A stretch of 64,000 nucleotides of DNA from Isoptericola halotolerans (GCF_013149785.1 NZ_JABEZU010000001.1:682001-746000), one strand, 5' to 3'. Positions 10,837-20,073 are shown, counted from the stretch's first letter. Translations and numbers: made by a program. Notes: generated by a model not told the origin, from the sequence alone.

Positions 10837-10858
10837 ACGCTATGTCCCGGCACCGACA
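10837..10858 (-). promoter_or_regulatory. PafBC/RecA-NDp-type DNA damage promoter of radA
   Basis: Minus strand TGTCGG-TGCCGGGACA-TAGCGT fits TGTCGG-N10-TA-N3-T, 7 nt before the GTG start. Confidence 0.8.
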
Positions 10859-10889
10859 CCGGTCGCCGTCCTGCCTGGCGTCCTGCGGA

Positions 10890-11768
10890 TCACGCTGTGG
10901 CGGCCGCGGTGTCCATGGTCTGGCTACGCAGCGTTCGGGTGATCATGCGGTCGAGCGTGCGGTCGGAGACGAACCGGATGAGCCGGGACAGGAGCGCAGC
11001 CTCCCGGCCGATCGTGTAGCGGGTCCGCGGTCGCGCCGCGGTGATCGCGGTCATGACGGTGCGGGCGGCCTCATCGGCGGTGATGCCCGTGCGATCCAGG
11101 GCGGCGGCGTAGCCGAGGAACGCACTCATCGTCTCGCCGTAGAGATCGCGCTGCCGCGGGGTCATGCGCTCGAGCTGTCCCTCGGCCGCCGAGGTGCCCC
11201 GCGATCCCATCTCGGTACGCATGCCCCCGGGCTCCACGATCACGACCTGCACCCCGTGGGGTGCGAGCTCCTGCCGCAAGGAGTCACTGATCGCCTCGAG
11301 GGCGAACTTGCTGCCGGAGTAGGCGCCGAAGGCCGGCATCGCGACCTTGCCGCCGATCGAGGTGATGTTCACGACCCGCCCGCTGCTGCGGTGCAGCGCC
11401 GGGAGGAGGGCCTGCGTCAGGGCGACGGCGCCGAACACGTTCACGTCGAACACCGCCCGCCAGTCCTCCAGGGGCAAGGTCTCCACCGGCGCGTTCGCAG
11501 CGAGCCCTGCGTTGTTGACCACGGCCCGCAGCGGCTTGCCGGAGGCGTCGATCCGCGCAGCGAGCCGAGCGATGTCTTCCGCGTGCGTGACGTCGAGGTT
11601 CACCGGCTCGGCTCCTGCCTGCCGGAGGCGTTCGCCGTCCTGCTCGCGTCGGACTCCGGCCAGCACGTGGAACCCCCGCTCTGCGAGCGTGCGCGTGGTC
11701 GCGGCACCGAGACCGGTGGATGCGCCGCTCACGACGACCGTGCCTGATGTTTCATGTGACAGTGTCAT
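10890..11768 (-). CDS. SDR family oxidoreductase
   Basis: SGASTGLG, NNAG, YSGSK (YxxxK), VEPG. Confidence 0.93.
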   Translation of the reverse strand: MTLSHETSGTVVVSGASTGLGAATTRTLAERGFHVLAGVRREQDGERLRQAGAEPVNLDVTHAEDIARLAARIDASGKPLRAVVNNAGLAANAPVETLPLEDWRAVFDVNVFGAVALTQALLPALHRSSGRVVNITSIGGKVAMPAFGAYSGSKFALEAISDSLRQELAPHGVQVVIVEPGGMRTEMGSRGTSAAEGQLERMTPRQRDLYGETMSAFLGYAAALDRTGITADEAARTVMTAITAARPRTRYTIGREAALLSRLIRFVSDRTLDRMITRTLRSQTMDTAAATA

Positions 11769-11811
11769 GTCAAACAGGTTAGGCGACTGATGTGACGCTG
11801 TCAAATAGACT
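11757..11811. promoter_or_regulatory. Overlapping divergent promoters with two putative TetR operators
   Basis: TGAC-AGT-GTCA (11757-11767) and TGAC-GCT-GTCA (11793-11803); minus strand TTGACA-17bp-TAACCT; plus strand TAGACT 6 nt before the tetR ATG. Confidence 0.75.
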
Positions 11812-11817
11812 GTCCGC

Positions 11818-12387
11818 ATGGCAACCAGAGCTGAGACAGCCGCCGCGACCAGACGCGCACTGCTTGACGCCGCGGGGAGTCTGCTCGATTCGGGAGGGCC
11901 GGACGCCGTCACGCTCCGAGCAGTAGGTGCGGCCGCCGGGGTCTCCCGAGGAGCGCCCTACGGCCACTTCTCGACCAAGGACGAGCTGCTCACCGCGGTG
12001 GCGGCCGAACAATGGGCACTCACCGCGGAGCGACTCGCTGCGCTTCGTGCCGACGAGCGCCTCGCACCCGGAGCGCGCTTGGAGCAGGCGCTGACCGGTT
12101 GGCTGCAGCTTGCCCGGAGCCGCCCGCACCTGTACGTCTTCATGTTCGCCCCACCGTCCCCGAACCCGGATGCGCTCATCGCCGCCGCGAACGAGGCGCA
12201 GGACGAGTTCCTCGCCCTGGTCTCCGACTCGACGCAGACCGACGATCCCCTCCGGGTCGCCGCACTCCTGCTGGCGACCACCCATGGGGTCGCGGGCCTG
12301 GAGCAAGCCGGCCAGCTCGGCACGACGAAGTGGGGAATGACCGGCGCCGAGCTCCTCGGACTGGCCATCGGCCGGCTTGCCTCCTGA
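11818..12387 (+). CDS. TetR/AcrR family regulator
   Basis: HTH VTLRAVGAAAGVSRGAPYGHFSTKDELL; THG in a WHG-like C-domain; divergent from the SDR. Confidence 0.92.
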   Translation: MATRAETAAATRRALLDAAGSLLDSGGPDAVTLRAVGAAAGVSRGAPYGHFSTKDELLTAVAAEQWALTAERLAALRADERLAPGARLEQALTGWLQLARSRPHLYVFMFAPPSPNPDALIAAANEAQDEFLALVSDSTQTDDPLRVAALLLATTHGVAGLEQAGQLGTTKWGMTGAELLGLAIGRLAS

Positions 12388-12535
12388 CTGGCGTGGTGTC
12401 GGCGTCGCTCCTCGGCCCCCGACCGGACCGGCGTGCTCTGGGCCCGGTTCCGGTCATCGCTCTGCGCGAGGCCGTAGGCTGCTGCGCGACACCCTCGTCG
12501 GCGGCGCCGCGCGGGGGGAGAGCAGGAGGACGTCG

Positions 12536-13201
12536 ATGGTCGACCAGAGGCCCGGGTACATGTCCCCGGGATTCCGGACCCCGGGGGACAAGGTGCACCA
12601 GAGGAAGTCTCGGGCCGCCACGGTCCGCCGCCGCAAGATCGGGGTCGTCGTGGCGCTGGTCGTGATCGCCGCCGTGGCCGTCGTGACAGCCTTCGTCTGG
12701 CCGGGCTTCGCGCGCCAGGGCGCCGACCCGCAGCCCGACGTCACGGTGACGGCAGCGCCGCCCACCCCGACCGCGGAGCCCGTGGACCTGCCCGGCGACG
12801 CGACGGCGTTCCTGTCCGCCATGCCGGGCTCGGTGCTGCAGCTCGTCCGTCTCGAGCCGGCCGAGGACACCGAGCTGGTGGAGGACGCCGACGCCGTCGA
12901 GGCCTGGGCGGTCACCTACGGCGACGGGTCCACCGGTGGAGAGCAGGTGGAGCTCCGCGCCGGGCAGTGGGCGGACGCGGACGCCGCCGAGCAGGTGCAC
13001 TCCGCGCTCCTCGCGGCAGCGGGCGACACCTCCGCCGACGGCGACGTGCTGGTCGACGGCGAGGTCGTCGGCACCTACGCCCTGACGACGGGCAGCCCGG
13101 CGGGGACCTCCGTCGTCACCTGGCGCAACGGCACCGCTGTCTTCGAGGTGCGTGGCCCCGACCGGCTGGTCCAGGACTTCTACCAGGCCTTCCCGCTGTG
13201 A
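12536..13201 (+). CDS. Hypothetical membrane-anchored protein
   Basis: AGGAGG RBS; RRRK then a TM helix, then an acidic extracytoplasmic domain. Confidence 0.75.
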   Translation: MVDQRPGYMSPGFRTPGDKVHQRKSRAATVRRRKIGVVVALVVIAAVAVVTAFVWPGFARQGADPQPDVTVTAAPPTPTAEPVDLPGDATAFLSAMPGSVLQLVRLEPAEDTELVEDADAVEAWAVTYGDGSTGGEQVELRAGQWADADAAEQVHSALLAAAGDTSADGDVLVDGEVVGTYALTTGSPAGTSVVTWRNGTAVFEVRGPDRLVQDFYQAFPL

Positions 13202-13212
13202 CAGGAGAACCG

Positions 13213-14040
13213 ATGAGCACGCAGATCGCCGGCACCCGGGTGGCCTTCCTCGGGACCGGGAACATGGCCGAGGCCGTCCTGGCCGGAGCGCTCCGGTCCG
13301 GCGTCGCGCCGTCCGACGTCGTGGCCACGGTGCGCCGGCCCGAGCGCGGTGCCGAGCTGGCCGAGCGGTACGGCGTCGCCACGACCGTGGACAACGCGGA
13401 GGCCGTCGTCGGCGCGCGCGTCGTCGTCGTGGGCGTCAAGCCGAAGGACGTCGGTGCGATGCTCGACTCCGTGGCGGGCTCGCTGGAGCCGGACGCCCTC
13501 GTGGTGAGCGTGGCCGTCGGGCTGCCGCTGTCGCTCTACGCCCGCCACCTGCCCGAGGGGCAGGCGGTGGTGCGGACCATGCCGAACACCCCCGCCCAGG
13601 TGGGGGCCGGGGTGACGGCTGTCGTCGCCGGACCGACCGCGAGCGAGGAGCACGTCACCCTCGTCGAGGCGCTGCTCGCCGGGACCGGCGAGACCGTCCG
13701 GATCACCGAGAAGGAGATCGACGCGTTCGGGGCCCTCGCCGGCTCGGGCCCCGCCTACGTCTTCTACGTCGTCGACGCGATGGCCGAGGCGGGGGTCCTC
13801 CTGGGCCTGACGCGCGACGTCGCCCGGCGGCTCGCCGTGCAGACCGTGCTGGGTGCGGGAACGCTCCTCGCGGAGACCGGGGAGCACCCGGTGGTCCTGC
13901 GCGAGAAGGTCTCCTCGCCCGGCGGGACCACGATCCAGGCGCTCAAGCGTCTGGACGACGGCGGCGTGCGGGCAGCGTTCCTCGCCGCGCTCGAGGCGGC
14001 ACGGGACCGCTCGCGCGAGCTCGCGACCGAGCTCGGCTGA
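13213..14040 (+). CDS. proC: Pyrroline-5-carboxylate reductase
   Basis: FLGTGNMA, VKP, RTMPNTP, GSGPAY, VSSPGGTT. Confidence 0.97.
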   Translation: MSTQIAGTRVAFLGTGNMAEAVLAGALRSGVAPSDVVATVRRPERGAELAERYGVATTVDNAEAVVGARVVVVGVKPKDVGAMLDSVAGSLEPDALVVSVAVGLPLSLYARHLPEGQAVVRTMPNTPAQVGAGVTAVVAGPTASEEHVTLVEALLAGTGETVRITEKEIDAFGALAGSGPAYVFYVVDAMAEAGVLLGLTRDVARRLAVQTVLGAGTLLAETGEHPVVLREKVSSPGGTTIQALKRLDDGGVRAAFLAALEAARDRSRELATELG

Positions 14041-14044
14041 CGCG

Positions 14045-14647
14045 GTGGGGGACACCGGTGCCGCCCGGCGCGGCCGGCGCCCCGCAGGGCAGGACACCCG
14101 CGCGGTGGTGCTGGACGCAGCACGGGCGGAGTTCCTCGAGCGCGGCTACGACGCCGCGTCGGTGCGCGGGATCGCACGCCGCGCGGGCGTGGACCCCGGG
14201 ACGGTCCGGCACTGGTACGCCGACAAGCGCGAGCTGCTGACGGCGATGCTGGGCATCGCGCCCCTCGACCCCGCCGCGATGGTGCAGGGAGTGCTGCCTG
14301 GTGCCGTCGAGGGGATGGGTGAGCGGCTCGTGCGCGGTGTGCTCGGGCTCTGGGACGACGACTCGGGAGCGACGGTGCGCCTCGTCATGCCGGCGGTGAT
14401 GGCGGACCCGGACCTGCGCGGCCTGCTGCCGGGCTTCCTGGGCGCGGAGGTCCTGGGCCCGGTCGTCGCGCGGCTGGGTGTGCCCGACGCGCGCCGCCGG
14501 GCCTCCCTGGTCGCCTCGCAGGTCGCCGGGCTGCTCATGACCCGGTACCTGGTACCGGTCGAGCCCTTGGCGTCGATGCCGGTCGAGGAGGTCGCCCGGC
14601 TCGTGGGACCGAACGTCCAGCGCTACCTGACCGAGGGCCTGGACTAG
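14045..14647 (+). CDS. TetR family regulator
   Basis: RGRRPAG...GYDAASVRGIARRAGVDPGTVRHWYADK HTH. Confidence 0.88.
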   Translation: MGDTGAARRGRRPAGQDTRAVVLDAARAEFLERGYDAASVRGIARRAGVDPGTVRHWYADKRELLTAMLGIAPLDPAAMVQGVLPGAVEGMGERLVRGVLGLWDDDSGATVRLVMPAVMADPDLRGLLPGFLGAEVLGPVVARLGVPDARRRASLVASQVAGLLMTRYLVPVEPLASMPVEEVARLVGPNVQRYLTEGLD

Positions 14648-14689
14648 GACCTCTTGCACGGCGGCTCCCGCAGGAGCACAATTCCTCAC

Positions 14690-15436
14690 ATGGAGAAAAA
14701 CAGGAGCCCCGCCGTCCGCGCCCGGGGACTGGGTGTCGAACGGGGCGGCCACCGGGTGATCGACGGTCTCGACGTCGACGTGCCCGCCGGCCGGGTCGTC
14801 GGCCTGCTCGGGCCGTCCGGCTCCGGCAAGACGACCCTCCTGCGGGCCGTCGTCGGCGTCCAGGACCACGTCAGCGGTGAGCTGACCGTCCTGGGCGAGC
14901 CCGCCGGCAGTACCGTCCTCCGACGGCGGGTCGGCTACGTCACGCAGGCGGCCTCCGTCTACACCGACCTCACCGTGGCCCAGAACCTGCGCTACTTCGC
15001 CCGTCTGGCCGGGCTGCCGCCGTCGGCCACCGGGGCCGGGGTCGCCCGCGCCGTCGCCACCGTCGATCTCGGTGGCCACGAGCACCAGACGGTCGGGACC
15101 CTCTCCGGCGGCGAGCGGTCGCGCGTCTCGCTCGCAGCGGCGCTCGTCGGCGACCCGGAGCTGCTCGTGCTCGACGAACCGACCGTCGGCCTGGACCCCG
15201 TCCTCCGCCGTGACCTGTGGACCACCTTCCGTGCGCTCGCCGCCGAGGGACGCACCCTGCTCGTGTCCAGCCACGTGATGGACGAGGCCACGCAGTGCGA
15301 CCGCCTGCTGCTCCTGCGTGACGGCGATCTCGTCGCCGACACCACCCCGGACGAGCTGCTCGTCACCACCGGGGCACCGGACGCCGAACGCGCGTTCCTC
15401 GCGCTCATCGACCGCACCACCCAGGAGTCCCGATGA
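14690..15436 (+). CDS. ABC transporter ATP-binding protein (ABC-2 exporter)
   Basis: GPSGSGKT, LSGGE, LLVLDEPT, SSH. Confidence 0.94.
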   Translation: MEKNRSPAVRARGLGVERGGHRVIDGLDVDVPAGRVVGLLGPSGSGKTTLLRAVVGVQDHVSGELTVLGEPAGSTVLRRRVGYVTQAASVYTDLTVAQNLRYFARLAGLPPSATGAGVARAVATVDLGGHEHQTVGTLSGGERSRVSLAAALVGDPELLVLDEPTVGLDPVLRRDLWTTFRALAAEGRTLLVSSHVMDEATQCDRLLLLRDGDLVADTTPDELLVTTGAPDAERAFLALIDRTTQESR

Positions 15437-16149
15437 TGCTCACCACCACGGGACGGGTCCTCGCCCAGCTGCGTGGCGACCACCGCACCGTCGCCCTGAT
15501 CCTCGCCCTGCCCTGCCTGCTGCTCGGCCTCATCGCCTGGATGTTCGAGGGCACGCCGGTGCTCGACCAGTTCGGGCCCCTGCTGGTCGGGATCTTCCCC
15601 CTCGTCGTCATGTTCCTCGTCACCAGCGTCGCGACGTTGCGCGAGCGCCAGTCGGGAACGCTCGAACGACTCATGACCACGCCGGTCCGCAAGGGCGACC
15701 TCGTCGGTGGTTACGCGCTCGCGTTCGGCGTGCTCGCGCTGCTGCAGGCGTTCGTGGTGGTCGGGTTCGCGGTCCTGATCGGCATGGACGTCGCCGGCCC
15801 GCTCTGGCTCGTGATCCTCGTCGCCCTGCTCAACGCGGTGCTGGGGTCGTGCCTCGGTCTCGCCGCCTCGGCGCTCGCCCGCACCGAGTTCCAGGCCGTG
15901 CAGACGATGCCGGCCGTGATCTTCCCGCAGCTCATCGTCTGCGGGCTCCTCATGCCCCGCGACCAGATGCCGCAGGTGCTCGAGTGGATCTCCCGCGCGT
16001 TCCCGCTCACCTACGCCGTGGACGCCATGCAGCAGCTCGCCGCGGGTGGCGGGTGGAGCGACGTGGCGGGTGCGATCGGCGTGACCGTCGCCTTCATCGC
16101 GGCCGCGATCGCCCTCGGCGTCGTCACCCTGCGGCGACGGACGCCCTGA
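15433..16149 (+). CDS. ABC-2 transporter permease
   Basis: About 6 TM helices, ERQSGTLERL, PLTYAVDA; ATGA overlap with the ATPase gene. Confidence 0.92.
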   Translation: MMLTTTGRVLAQLRGDHRTVALILALPCLLLGLIAWMFEGTPVLDQFGPLLVGIFPLVVMFLVTSVATLRERQSGTLERLMTTPVRKGDLVGGYALAFGVLALLQAFVVVGFAVLIGMDVAGPLWLVILVALLNAVLGSCLGLAASALARTEFQAVQTMPAVIFPQLIVCGLLMPRDQMPQVLEWISRAFPLTYAVDAMQQLAAGGGWSDVAGAIGVTVAFIAAAIALGVVTLRRRTP

Positions 16150-16186
16150 GGTTCGGTGCCCGACGGCGTGACCCCGGCCCGAGCGG

Positions 16187-16858
16187 TCACGGCCTGGCCG
16201 AGAACCGCTCCAGCAGGTCCGCGTGGCCCGAGCACACCAGCAGGTCGTTCGCGCTGACCCGCGTCTCCGGCGTCGCGTAGGCGAAGTCGATCCCGGGGGA
16301 CTTCACCCCGATGACCGTGACGCCGTACTTCTTGCGGACGTCCGACTGCGCCAGCGTGAAGCCCTGCATCTCACGGGGTGGCCGCATCTTGACGATCGTG
16401 AACCCGTCCTCGACCTCGATGTAGTCGAGCATCTTGCCGCTGACCAGGTGCGCGACGCGGGACCCGGCGTCGGACTCCGGGAAGACGACGTGGTGCGCGC
16501 CGATGCGGGTCAGGATGCGCCCGTGCTCCGCCGAGATCGCCTTGGCCCAGATCTGCGGCGTCCCCAGGTCGACGAGGTTGCCCGTGATGAGCACCGACGC
16601 CTCGAGCTCGGTGCCCACACCGACCACCACGACGCCGAAGTCCCGTGCGCCGAGCTGCTCGAGGGCCTCGGGGTTGGACGCGTCCGCCTCGACCACGGGC
16701 AGCCGGCCGGACCACTGGGCGACGAGGCGGTCGTCGTTCTCCACGGCGAGCACGTCCTGGCCGAGCCGGTCGAGCGTCGTCGCGATGGACGATCCGAACC
16801 GGCCCAGCCCGATGACGAGCACCCCGGCGTCACGCTCGGAAGCCTTCTTGTCTGCCAC
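16187..16858 (-). CDS. trkA: TrkA/KtrA family potassium uptake regulatory subunit
   Basis: VIGLGRFG RCK_N, VVFPE, RCK_C domain. Confidence 0.92.
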   Translation of the reverse strand: MADKKASERDAGVLVIGLGRFGSSIATTLDRLGQDVLAVENDDRLVAQWSGRLPVVEADASNPEALEQLGARDFGVVVVGVGTELEASVLITGNLVDLGTPQIWAKAISAEHGRILTRIGAHHVVFPESDAGSRVAHLVSGKMLDYIEVEDGFTIVKMRPPREMQGFTLAQSDVRKKYGVTVIGVKSPGIDFAYATPETRVSANDLLVCSGHADLLERFSARP

Positions 16859-16924
16859 GTGCGGGTCGTCCTCTCGCAGGGTTCTGTCGGGTGAGCCTCC
16901 GGTCTGCCTCGCTGCACCTCCGTC

Positions 16925-18343
16925 TCACCCGATCACGGGGCGCTCCTCGGGGAAGCGTACGACGCGCCGCCGGTCCCGCAGCGCGATGGCACCGAGCACG
17001 GAGATCGTGCCCACGCGTCCCAGGTACATCAGGGCGCACAGCACGTACTTGCCGCCGTCGGGCAGGTCTGCGGTGATCCCGGTCGACAGGCCCACCGTGG
17101 CGAACGCCGAGATCACCTCGAACAGGACCTCGGCGAGCGAGAACTCGGTGATGCTCAGCAGGGCGATGCAGGAGGCCAGCACCATGGTCGCGCCGATGAA
17201 CACGACCGCGATGGACAGTCGCAGCGTGTCCCGCGGGATGCGGCGGCCGAAGACGTCGATGTCCCGGTCGCCGCGGGCCTCGGCCAGGATCGCCAGCAGC
17301 ATGACCGCCAGCGTGGTGACCTTGATGCCGCCCGCCGTCGAGGCGGAGCCCCCGCCCACGAACATCAGGGCGTCCATGACGAGCCAGGACTCCGGGTTCA
17401 TCGCACCGGTGTCCACGGTGCTGAAGCCTCCCGAGCGCGGCATGATCGAGGCGAACGACGCCGACAGCAGCTTGGTCGCCACGTCCTGGTCTCCGAACGT
17501 GCGGGGGTTCGCCCACTCCATCGCGCCGATGATCAGGAACCCCGCCCCGAACAGCGCGACGCTGGTGGTCACCGTGAGCTTGGTGTGCAGCGACAGGTGG
17601 CGGTACCAGCGCCGGCCGAACCGGCGTGCCTGGAGGAGGTTCGCCATCACGGGGAAGCCCAGGGCGCCGACGAACACGCCGAGGCCGATGGGGACGACCA
17701 CGAGCCAGTCGGACGTGTAGGGCATCAGCCCTTCGGCCGTGGGGACGAAGCCGGCGTTGTTGAAGGCCGAGATCCCGTAGAAGACGGCGTGCCACAGGGC
17801 GGAGCCGAAGCTCTCGCCCAGCGCGAGGAAGCGGGGCAGCAGGATCGCTGCGACCGCCGCCTCGATGGTCACGGACACCACGATGATGAGCCGGATGAGG
17901 TAGCCGACCTCGCCGAGGCTGCTGGTGCGGACCTTGGCCTCGGAGGCGGTGAGCAGCTTCTGCGTGAGGCCGATGCGCCGCGAGACGGCCATGCCCAGCA
18001 GGGAGGCGAGCGTCATCACGCCCAGCCCGCCGATCTTGATGCCGGCCAGGATCACGGCACGCCCGTACTCGGACCAGTAGGTGCCCGTGTCCACCACCAC
18101 GAGCCCGGTGACGCACACGGCGGACACCGCGGTGAACAGCGCGTCCACGAACCGTGCCCCGGTGCCGGAAGCCGTGGCCCAGGGCGGCAGGAGCAGGAGC
18201 GTGAAGATGGCGATCACGGCGCCGAAGACGGTCATCGCGAGGCGTGCCGGGTACTCCCGAGCGGTGCGGTCCACCCACTCCCTCAGCGTCGCACCGCGAT
18301 CCCGCCACCTTGTCGCCACCGACCGGTTCCTCCGTCGTCTCAT
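16925..18343 (-). CDS. trkH: TrkH/KtrB family potassium uptake membrane protein
   Basis: SAVCVTGL, SAFNNAGF, RSGGF, SAFATVGLS pore loops; GRVG. Confidence 0.94.
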   Translation of the reverse strand: MRRRRNRSVATRWRDRGATLREWVDRTAREYPARLAMTVFGAVIAIFTLLLLPPWATASGTGARFVDALFTAVSAVCVTGLVVVDTGTYWSEYGRAVILAGIKIGGLGVMTLASLLGMAVSRRIGLTQKLLTASEAKVRTSSLGEVGYLIRLIIVVSVTIEAAVAAILLPRFLALGESFGSALWHAVFYGISAFNNAGFVPTAEGLMPYTSDWLVVVPIGLGVFVGALGFPVMANLLQARRFGRRWYRHLSLHTKLTVTTSVALFGAGFLIIGAMEWANPRTFGDQDVATKLLSASFASIMPRSGGFSTVDTGAMNPESWLVMDALMFVGGGSASTAGGIKVTTLAVMLLAILAEARGDRDIDVFGRRIPRDTLRLSIAVVFIGATMVLASCIALLSITEFSLAEVLFEVISAFATVGLSTGITADLPDGGKYVLCALMYLGRVGTISVLGAIALRDRRRVVRFPEERPVIG

Positions 18344-18392
18344 CCGCCAGGCGTCTGGCCCAGCCTGCCACGGGTTCGGCTACCGTGGCGGG

Positions 18393-19568
18393 ATGTCCGT
18401 CGCCCGGCTGCTGTGGAGTCCTGAGCTCCTGACCTACGACTTCGGCGCCGGGCACCCGATGGCGCCGGCCCGACTCGACCTCACGATGCGGCTGGTCGAG
18501 GCGTTCGGCCTCCCGGACTCCCCGTCGCTGGAGATCGCGTCGATCCCGGCGAGCCGGGACGACCTCGTGACCTCGGTCCACGACGCGGGGTACGTCGCCG
18601 CGGTCCAGCGTGCTGCCCGCACGGGGGAGCCGGACCTGGAGAGAGGCCTCGGGACCGAGGACAACCCGATCTTCCCCGTGATGCACGAGTCGGCCTCCCG
18701 GCTCGTCACCGCCTCGGCGTCGCTGGCCGAGGCGGTGTGGGCGGGCGAGATCCAGCACGGTGTCAACGTCGCCGGTGGGATGCACCACGCCCGTCGTGCC
18801 GCCGCGTCCGGGTTCTGCCTGTACAACGACGCCGCGGCGACCGTGCAGCGCTTCCTGGACCTCGGGGCGCAGCGCGTGGCGTACGTGGACCTCGACGCGC
18901 ACCACGGTGACGGCGTGGAGTCGATCTTCTGGGACGACCCGCGGGTGGTCACGTTCTCGGTGCACCAGGACGGCCGGACCCTCTACCCGGGCACGGGCAG
19001 CCCCGCGGACACCGGCGGGCCAGGAGCGGAGTGCTCGGCCGTGAACCTCGCCCTGCCGCCTCGTACGGACTCGGCGCGCTGGCTGCGCGCCGTCGACGCC
19101 GTGCTGCCGATCGTCCTGCGGGAGTTCCGACCCGACGCGATCGTCTCGCAGCACGGGACCGACGCGCACGGCAACGATCCCCTCGCGGACCTGAACGTCG
19201 GGATCGACGCCCAGCTGGAGGCAGCGTCGTGGGTGCACTCCCTCGCGCTCGAGCTGTGCGAGGGCCGGTGGGTCGCGCTCGGTGGAGGAGGCTACGCCGT
19301 CGTCGACGTGGTGCCGCTGGTCTGGTCCGCGCTGGTGGCCGAGGCCGCCCACGTCCCGATCGCGCCGGGGACCCCGCTGCCTCAGGAGTGGCGGGTCGCC
19401 GCCGAGGAGATGTCCGGGCTGGAACCCGCGAAGAGGCTCGGCCGCGGCGCCGTGGCGTGGCGTCCCTGGAGTGAGGGCTACGACCCGTCCGACGCCGTGG
19501 ACCGCGCCGTCCTGGCGACCCGGCGGCACGTGTTCCCCGGTCTGGGCCTGGACCCCTTCCTCGACTGA
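18393..19568 (+). CDS. acuC: Acetoin utilization protein AcuC (histone deacetylase family)
   Basis: HPM, GGMHHA, SGFC, DLDAHHGDG, GGGGY; TACCGT -10 lies 6 nt before the ATG. Confidence 0.93.
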   Translation: MSVARLLWSPELLTYDFGAGHPMAPARLDLTMRLVEAFGLPDSPSLEIASIPASRDDLVTSVHDAGYVAAVQRAARTGEPDLERGLGTEDNPIFPVMHESASRLVTASASLAEAVWAGEIQHGVNVAGGMHHARRAAASGFCLYNDAAATVQRFLDLGAQRVAYVDLDAHHGDGVESIFWDDPRVVTFSVHQDGRTLYPGTGSPADTGGPGAECSAVNLALPPRTDSARWLRAVDAVLPIVLREFRPDAIVSQHGTDAHGNDPLADLNVGIDAQLEAASWVHSLALELCEGRWVALGGGGYAVVDVVPLVWSALVAEAAHVPIAPGTPLPQEWRVAAEEMSGLEPAKRLGRGAVAWRPWSEGYDPSDAVDRAVLATRRHVFPGLGLDPFLD

Positions 19569-19772
19569 ACCGAAGGTGCAGCGCAGGGTGCGGGCCGAGG
19601 AACGAGGCGCTCGCCCGCAGCGGAACCGCAGGTTCGGCCGACGTCGGTTCGACTGAACCGAAGGTGCAGCGCAGGGTGCGGGCCGAGGAACGAGGCGCTC
19701 GCCCGCAGCGGAACCGCAGGTTCGGTCGACGTCGGTTCGACTGAACCGCAGGTTCGGTCGACGTCGGTTCGG
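19561..19772. repeat. 88-bp tandem repeat (two copies plus an internally deleted third), rich in short palindromes
   Basis: Units start TCGACTGAACCG at 19561, 19649 and 19737; copies 1 and 2 differ at one base (GGCCGAC vs GGTCGAC). Confidence 0.92.
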
Positions 19773-19941
19773 CCGAGTGACCGGCCAGTTCGGGGCACGG
19801 CCCCGGGTCGGGTATTCTGGGGGACGGACTTTTTCGCGTTGGTCGGCAGTGCTTGGTCCCGGGGTTCGTTCACGCGAGCACGGGGCACAGGATCGTCGGG
19901 ACCAACCGGCCTCCACCACCGATCAGCATTGTGAGGACCTC

Positions 19942-20040
19942 ATGGGCTCCGTCATCAAGAAGCGTCGTAAGCGCATGGCAAAGAAGAAGCACCGCAAGCT
20001 GCTTCGCAAGACGCGTCACCAGCGCCGCAACAAGAAGTGA
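19942..20040 (+). CDS. 30S ribosomal protein bS22 (AURKAIP1/COX24 domain)
   Basis: MGSVIKKRRKRMAKKKHRKLLRKTRHQRRNKK; GAGGA RBS. Confidence 0.96.
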   Translation: MGSVIKKRRKRMAKKKHRKLLRKTRHQRRNKK

Positions 20041-20073
20041 CGCAGCGCCCGCCGACGGCGGGCCGCGCGCACC

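Noticed and set aside
10853..12402. CCGACACC/GGTGTCGG as terminal inverted repeats of the SDR-TetR cassette
   Set aside because: Only 8 bp long, the left copy is part of the radA promoter motif, and there is no transposase or target duplication.
19561..19772. Possible CRISPR array
   Set aside because: The intervening sequences are duplicated rather than unique spacers, the spacing alternates 56/32, and no cas genes are present.
16830..19919. 1029-aa minus-strand ORF and similar long alternative-frame or antisense ORFs (e.g. 38261-41041, 55160-57982, 61269-63641)
   Set aside because: They are Arg/Gly/Pro-rich shadows of real genes, expected from stop-codon scarcity in very high-GC DNA.
19777..19941. 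55-aa N-terminal extension of bS22 in the ORF track
   Set aside because: bS22 starts at MGSVIKK with its own RBS; the extension spans the promoter and leader.
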